From the IMG/VR virus record IMGVR_UViG_3300011862_000002: a DNA stretch of 20,000 bases; one strand, 5' to 3'. Below are positions 16,334 to 20,000 of this stretch, piece after piece (the first letter of the stretch is position 1; every line of letters starts with the position of its first letter). The stretch is from an uncultured virus (IMG/VR IMGVR_UViG_3300011862_000002) (lineage: Duplodnaviria; Heunggongvirae; Uroviricota; Caudoviricetes). The notes below the pieces were generated by a model. That model saw nothing but the letters and a program-made list of their open reading frames with translations. It did no database searches and was not told the DNA's origin. The translations under genes were made by a program, and so were the position numbers.

Positions 16334-16702
16334 ATGACTACGTCTATCAAACATTTTAACTTCGAGGATACTATGACAATCGAGGGGCAAGACGTCATCG
16401 TCGGCGCCACTCCCACTGTCCTTTCTAAAATCAAAGAGTTTGGGTTAAGCGTCTATGAAATCGTGGCGGACTTACAGCTGACTGCACCGGAAGCCTTCGA
16501 CCTTCCAAACAACACGAGCTATGCTGTCGTCAATCCATTCATGAACACGTGTGCCCTCGCCCGCGTCTACAGTGATGACGGCAACATCTGCATCGATTGC
16601 TTTGATGTCCGCAATACCATCCCATACGGCAACGTCCGTAATGATGGCACGCAAGGCTATCGTCTAGGGGCTATCAACAAAGTCCTGACGGTGGTGCAGT
16701 GA
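16334..16702 (+). CDS. Hypothetical protein (122 aa)
   Basis: AAGGAG SD. Confidence 0.8.
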   Translation: MTTSIKHFNFEDTMTIEGQDVIVGATPTVLSKIKEFGLSVYEIVADLQLTAPEAFDLPNNTSYAVVNPFMNTCALARVYSDDGNICIDCFDVRNTIPYGNVRNDGTQGYRLGAINKVLTVVQ

Positions 16703-16806
16703 TGAAACGCAAACATCCGCATTATCACGATATCATGGAAAGTATCAGTATCGCCGTCGGCTTATTAGCGATGGCGTACTTTACTTTATCGTTCGCTTTT
16801 CATTAA
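16702..16806 (+). CDS. Small membrane peptide (34 aa)
   Basis: TGATG coupling, GGTGGTG SD; MKRKHPHYHDIMESISIAVGLLAMAYFTLSFAFH. Confidence 0.6.
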   Translation: MKRKHPHYHDIMESISIAVGLLAMAYFTLSFAFH

Positions 16807-16824
16807 GACCTTAAAACCTTAAGA

Positions 16825-16840
16825 GCGGGGGGCTACGCCC
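16825..16840 (+). promoter_or_regulatory. Hairpin element copy 9 (no TGATT)
   Basis: GCGGG-GGGC-TAC-GCCC followed by TCCTTCTTA-TAGGG. Confidence 0.7.
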
Positions 16841-16888
16841 TCCTTCTTATAGGGCTCACTACTCCCACATTAGAAAGGAAGTTATCCC

Positions 16889-17449
16889 ATGCAACTCAAC
16901 CAATTCGTACAAGAATATTATCAGCGTCCTCAGGACAAGCCTTTAATCCAACGTGTCGGTGGCATGCTCCCGGTATCGAAAACTGTCTTCAACGATGAAA
17001 TCTCGAACCTGAAAGTGGACATGGCAGGACATGCCATCCTCTTGCAACAAATTGCTTCTCACATTGGTCTTGAACTCCAAGACGTCCAGCACTCTGCTGT
17101 CGAAGTCGCCGGCATGAAACAAGAAGCCCGCAACTTCGAGAAGAAAGTCCAAGCGTATGAGCACCGGGAACACCAGTATGCGAACGGTTCTCTCTTAGAG
17201 AAGGCTCGTCGCTTCATGGGTGCAGACCCAGTCGACCCACGCTCTACGGTTAAACCCGACCAACAACCGGTCATCAACATCCAATTACCGGAAGGTCTGA
17301 CGGGTGATAACAGCATGCAAGAACGCATGGCTCGTAACGAACAAACGCTCCAAGAACTAGGCACGCAAATGGCATCATTGCTTTCTGTGCTCAATCAAAA
17401 TTTCGAAGCGAAACAAGCAGAAGCGGAAACTTCTGAAGTAAAAGCGTAA
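16889..17449 (+). CDS. Coiled-coil hypothetical protein (186 aa)
   Basis: GAAAGGA SD; Q/E-rich heptad-like segments. Confidence 0.85.
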   Translation: MQLNQFVQEYYQRPQDKPLIQRVGGMLPVSKTVFNDEISNLKVDMAGHAILLQQIASHIGLELQDVQHSAVEVAGMKQEARNFEKKVQAYEHREHQYANGSLLEKARRFMGADPVDPRSTVKPDQQPVINIQLPEGLTGDNSMQERMARNEQTLQELGTQMASLLSVLNQNFEAKQAEAETSEVKA

Positions 17450-17501
17450 GGTACGCGGGGAGTACGAGCCCGCTCCCCTTACATATAAGGAGGTCATCCC
17501 C

Positions 17502-17687
17502 ATGGCATCAGATGAACTAGAACTCGTCAAATCATTCTTGTATCTTATCGGTTTATGCATCATCGCTCTAGGGGCATTGTTCTTGAAGATTGCTTACATC
17601 GATAGACGGGTCATCGACCACTCTCTGCTATGGGGTGGCGTCATGGCCATCGGCATCATCTTTATCTACAAAGTCAGTCAAATGTAG
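17502..17687 (+). CDS. Small membrane protein (61 aa)
   Basis: AAGGAGGT SD; two hydrophobic helices. Confidence 0.8.
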   Translation: MASDELELVKSFLYLIGLCIIALGALFLKIAYIDRRVIDHSLLWGGVMAIGIIFIYKVSQM

Positions 17688-17698
17688 GAGGAAACCTC

Positions 17699-17914
17699 AT
17701 GTCCATCTTAGCGGTCCTATTCGTCACATTCTATGCCGTAGTGTTATTAAACATGTGGCGCTTAACCTTGATTGTCATAGGCAAGTGGTGGCGCGTCCGA
17801 TACTCGAAAGACACCGTCAAACGCTCTTTTGCTTTCGAAGAAATGATGAAATGCATTGGTATGACAGTATTCGCTACTGTCTTTTTTGGCTCCATTCTTT
17901 ATGAAAACCTTTAA
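17699..17914 (+). CDS. Small membrane protein (71 aa)
   Basis: Start moved to ATG 17699 behind AGGAGG; two hydrophobic helices. Confidence 0.8.
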   Translation: MSILAVLFVTFYAVVLLNMWRLTLIVIGKWWRVRYSKDTVKRSFAFEEMMKCIGMTVFATVFFGSILYENL

Positions 17915-17916
17915 GA

Positions 17917-17946
17917 GCGGGGGACTACGTCCTTCTTTTAATGATT
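17917..17946 (+). promoter_or_regulatory. Hairpin element copy 10
   Basis: GCGGG-GGAC-TAC-GTCC-N9-TGATT; compensatory G-C to A-T change. Confidence 0.8.
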
Positions 17947-17949
17947 ACA

Positions 17950-18010
17950 TGCCGAAACGTCGAGAGACGTCATCTACGGGTACCCTCCGTAGGTCTGATG
18001 ATGGCAGGGA
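17950..18010 (+). ncRNA. Type II hammerhead ribozyme
   Basis: TGCC-GAAA-CGTC(GAGA)GACG-TC-ATCTACGG(GTACCCT)CCGTAGGT-CTGATGA-T-GGCA-GGG: complete core (GAAA, GUC triplet, CUGAUGA), stems III, I and II paired; predicted cleavage 3' of C17971. Confidence 0.92.
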
Positions 18011-18039
18011 AAAGCGGAAAACCCTAAAACCTTTTAAAG

Positions 18040-18069
18040 GCGGGGGGCTACGCCCTTCTTTTCTTGATT
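18040..18069 (+). promoter_or_regulatory. Hairpin element copy 11
   Basis: GCGGG-GGGC-TAC-GCCC-N9-TGATT. Confidence 0.8.
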
Positions 18070-18153
18070 CAGAGAACACTCCATCCTTTTTGGTGACGGG
18101 AGTTCTTCTGGGTACACAAATTGTCCACGTGACGTTAAAAGGAGGAATTACTC

Positions 18154-18753
18154 ATGCAAATCCAAGGACTCGTACTCGACCAATCGAAAGTCAACGACAC
18201 AAAAGGACCGCTCTGGTATCTTCAAGACGAAAAGTCTACAGACGCTTCTTCTAACGCTGACCTAGGTATCGAAAACATCGTCATCGTTCCAGCTTCTTCT
18301 GAGGCGCAAGCGAAATCCGGTGTCATCGGTCAGGTACAATTGCACACTGTCGTTGGTTCGTTCTACTTCTCAGCTTTCCGTGGGAAACAAGACGCGAACT
18401 CTGTCCGGCTCGTCTTCCCTTCTCGTGAGTACATCGAGAACGGGGAAAAGAAATACCGTGACGAATACCGTCTGAATCAGTCGGTGCGCGCACAAGTACT
18501 CAAACATGTTCACTCGAAATGTAAACAAGCTTCTGTCGAGCAACAAGCTCAGGCACAAGCTCAAGCGAATCCGGCTCTCGCCGCTCTTGCTGGTCTTGAC
18601 GCTAACACTATCGCCCTCCTCGTCGCCGCTCTAGGTGGCGCAGGTGGCGCTGGTGCTGTTCAACCGCAAGCGCAAGCTCAGGTTCAAGAACAAACAGCGG
18701 GTGCGACGGAGACTCCAACGGTTCCGCCAATCATCAGCGACAAAGCGTTTTAA
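18154..18753 (+). CDS. SpoVG-like nucleic-acid-binding protein with a low-complexity tail
   Basis: RLVFPSREYIENGEKKYRDEYRLNQSVRAQVLKHV aligns by eye with the SpoVG C-terminal pattern (VAMPS...GEFRD...INSxTRxKIQDAV); AAGGAGG SD; A/Q/G-rich tail ending SDKAF. Confidence 0.6.
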   Translation: MQIQGLVLDQSKVNDTKGPLWYLQDEKSTDASSNADLGIENIVIVPASSEAQAKSGVIGQVQLHTVVGSFYFSAFRGKQDANSVRLVFPSREYIENGEKKYRDEYRLNQSVRAQVLKHVHSKCKQASVEQQAQAQAQANPALAALAGLDANTIALLVAALGGAGGAGAVQPQAQAQVQEQTAGATETPTVPPIISDKAF

Positions 18754-18761
18754 GGTCAAAG

Positions 18762-18791
18762 GCGGGGGGCTACGCCCCTCTTCTTTTGATT
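18762..18791 (+). promoter_or_regulatory. Hairpin element copy 12
   Basis: GCGGG-GGGC-TAC-GCCC-N9-TGATT. Confidence 0.8.
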
Positions 18792-18813
18792 GATTCGTTA
18801 TCTCAGCGTCCTC

Positions 18814-18885
18814 AACGGAGCGGGCGTTGTCACGGCGTAAGGAGCCTTCCCCTTCTCCTTATTCCGCGACAGCGTCTGCTCTGTT
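18814..18885 (+). ncRNA. Candidate small hairpin RNA with a C/U-rich loop
   Basis: 31-position stem with two mismatches and several G-U pairs; loop CCTTCCCCTT; intergenic. Confidence 0.55.
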
Positions 18886-18911
18886 TCCATCTTTTTATGA
18901 TACATACCTAG

Positions 18912-18998
18912 ACACATCCGCGATGGCTTCCCTGTGGGACTTTTTCTAAAAAAGGAGAAACACATCCGTGATGGCTTTTCTCTAGGGATTTTTTTAAA
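18912..18998 (+). repeat. Degenerate 48-bp tandem duplication starting ACACATCCGYGATGGCTT
   Basis: ACACATCCGCGATGGCTTCCC at 18912 and ACACATCCGTGATGGCTTTTC at 18960. Confidence 0.7.
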
Positions 18999-19026
18999 CT
19001 CTAGCCGTAAGAAAGGAAGATGTACT

Positions 19027-19500
19027 ATGTTCACAGTCGGAGACTTTTATCTATACCGGAATCCATTAGGACAACCCCGTTACATCGCCGTCACCATCCA
19101 AAAGAAATCGATGATTCCTTCAAAGAAAGAAGTCCGTACCCTCGTGCTCGCCGGAGACTCAGAAGACATCTTTGACTTAAACTTCTGTATCACAAGAGGG
19201 ACTATCGAAGAACAAGAACAACTCATTGCCTACATCAAACAGATGCGTGCCTCTGGTTCTGAAGAACACTTTGATAAGAAACGGTTCGCCCGCATCGAAC
19301 ACGGAACACAAAAAACAACTCCTACCTGTGCCCGCCTCGACATGAAACGGTGCACGCCCATCCGTTCCCTTGAAGACCTAGAAGAAGCGTTACAAGACTT
19401 CTTACCCATGCAAGAATATCAGCACGCTTCCGTCATCCGCTTCTTCAAATCCATTCACATGGAATTCAAGTCCACACAACCACCGAACTTATCTCTCTAA
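19027..19500 (+). CDS. Hypothetical protein (157 aa)
   Basis: Start moved to ATG 19027 (MFTVGDF) behind GAAAGGA. Confidence 0.8.
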   Translation: MFTVGDFYLYRNPLGQPRYIAVTIQKKSMIPSKKEVRTLVLAGDSEDIFDLNFCITRGTIEEQEQLIAYIKQMRASGSEEHFDKKRFARIEHGTQKTTPTCARLDMKRCTPIRSLEDLEEALQDFLPMQEYQHASVIRFFKSIHMEFKSTQPPNLSL

Positions 19501-19514
19501 GAAAGGAGAAACCC

Positions 19515-19709
19515 ATGAAGAAGAAGTATACCATCTCTAAAACCAAACATGGCGGATTCATTGTCACCGACAAAGACACTGACCTCAAACGCAAACTCAA
19601 ATCCCGTCACCTCAAGAACCCGCACACCGTCGTCGACCTCTCTAAAAGCATCCGACACATGAAACAAAAACACCACAACGCTATTCGACGCTTCTTTGAT
19701 TCCCCCTAA
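19515..19709 (+). CDS. Small basic protein (64 aa)
   Basis: GAAAGGAG SD; K/R/H-rich. Confidence 0.75.
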   Translation: MKKKYTISKTKHGGFIVTDKDTDLKRKLKSRHLKNPHTVVDLSKSIRHMKQKHHNAIRRFFDSP

Positions 19710-19861
19710 TATGCAACAATCTTGCATAAACGAGAAAGGGTATGCAACTACCCCGGGAATTTTGAACACTTTCTGCATAAGTATACAATACCAGTGAATA
19801 ACGACTGACCACTTATCCTTCGAAACGCTACTCTGACCACCAATTATTTGGGGGCGTGATA

Positions 19862-19975
19862 CCATATTTATAGGAATGTAGGTATTTTTTCATCAGATGT
19901 GAGTGTTTCTAGACCATATTTATTAGGATTAAGGTGTTTCTAAGCCATATTTCATCAAATGTAGGTGTTTTTACA
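19862..19975. repeat. Degenerate 31-bp-period repeats in an AT-rich intergenic region
   Basis: GTGTTT at 19903, 19934 and 19965; CCATATTT at 19862, 19914 and 19945. Confidence 0.6.
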
Positions 19976-20000
19976 GGTATTCTACTCTTTCTAATCTTTA

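Noticed and set aside
17455..17479. Thirteenth copy of the hairpin element (GCGGGGAG...CTCCCC)
   Set aside because: Different stem and a 10-nt loop, no TGATT; could be a decayed copy or an RBS-proximal hairpin, so not counted.
17886..18254. 122-aa ORF from the track
   Set aside because: No SD; it runs through two hairpin elements and the hammerhead and overlaps a better gene.
11657..18791. Repeated element as a CRISPR array
   Set aside because: Copies are dispersed between genes at irregular distances, with no uniform spacers and no cas genes.
19497..19865. 122-aa minus-strand ORF
   Set aside because: Antisense to 19515-19709, which has a strong SD; no convincing SD of its own.

Overview
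Segment of a large tailed phage or prophage of a Bacillales-type host, judged from strong Shine-Dalgarno sites and dense small ORFs; no tRNA, rRNA or CRISPR array was seen. Left of a divergence point at about 3820-4255, minus-strand genes look like the start of a late module: a putative terminase small subunit and two Gly/Ala-rich, probably virion, proteins. To the right, plus-strand early-type genes are led by a 1036-aa single-subunit two-barrel RNA polymerase of the YonO / eukaryotic RNAi-RdRP family (DFDGD). The main unexplained structure is non-coding: (1) 12 same-orientation copies of GCGGG-[4-bp stem]-TAC-[stem]-N9-TGATT, with compensatory stem changes and template-strand loops matching ultrastable DNA mini-hairpins, i.e. 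candidate N4-like hairpin promoters for the phage polymerase; (2) a ~250-nt highly paired RNA with three consecutive 7-bp pseudoknots (12000-12253); (3) a near-canonical type II hammerhead ribozyme (17950-18010); (4) a 72-nt hairpin with a C/U-rich anti-SD-like loop (18814-18885). Each of items 2-4 begins just downstream of a copy of the element. All protein assignments come from motif recognition by eye, not from database searches.
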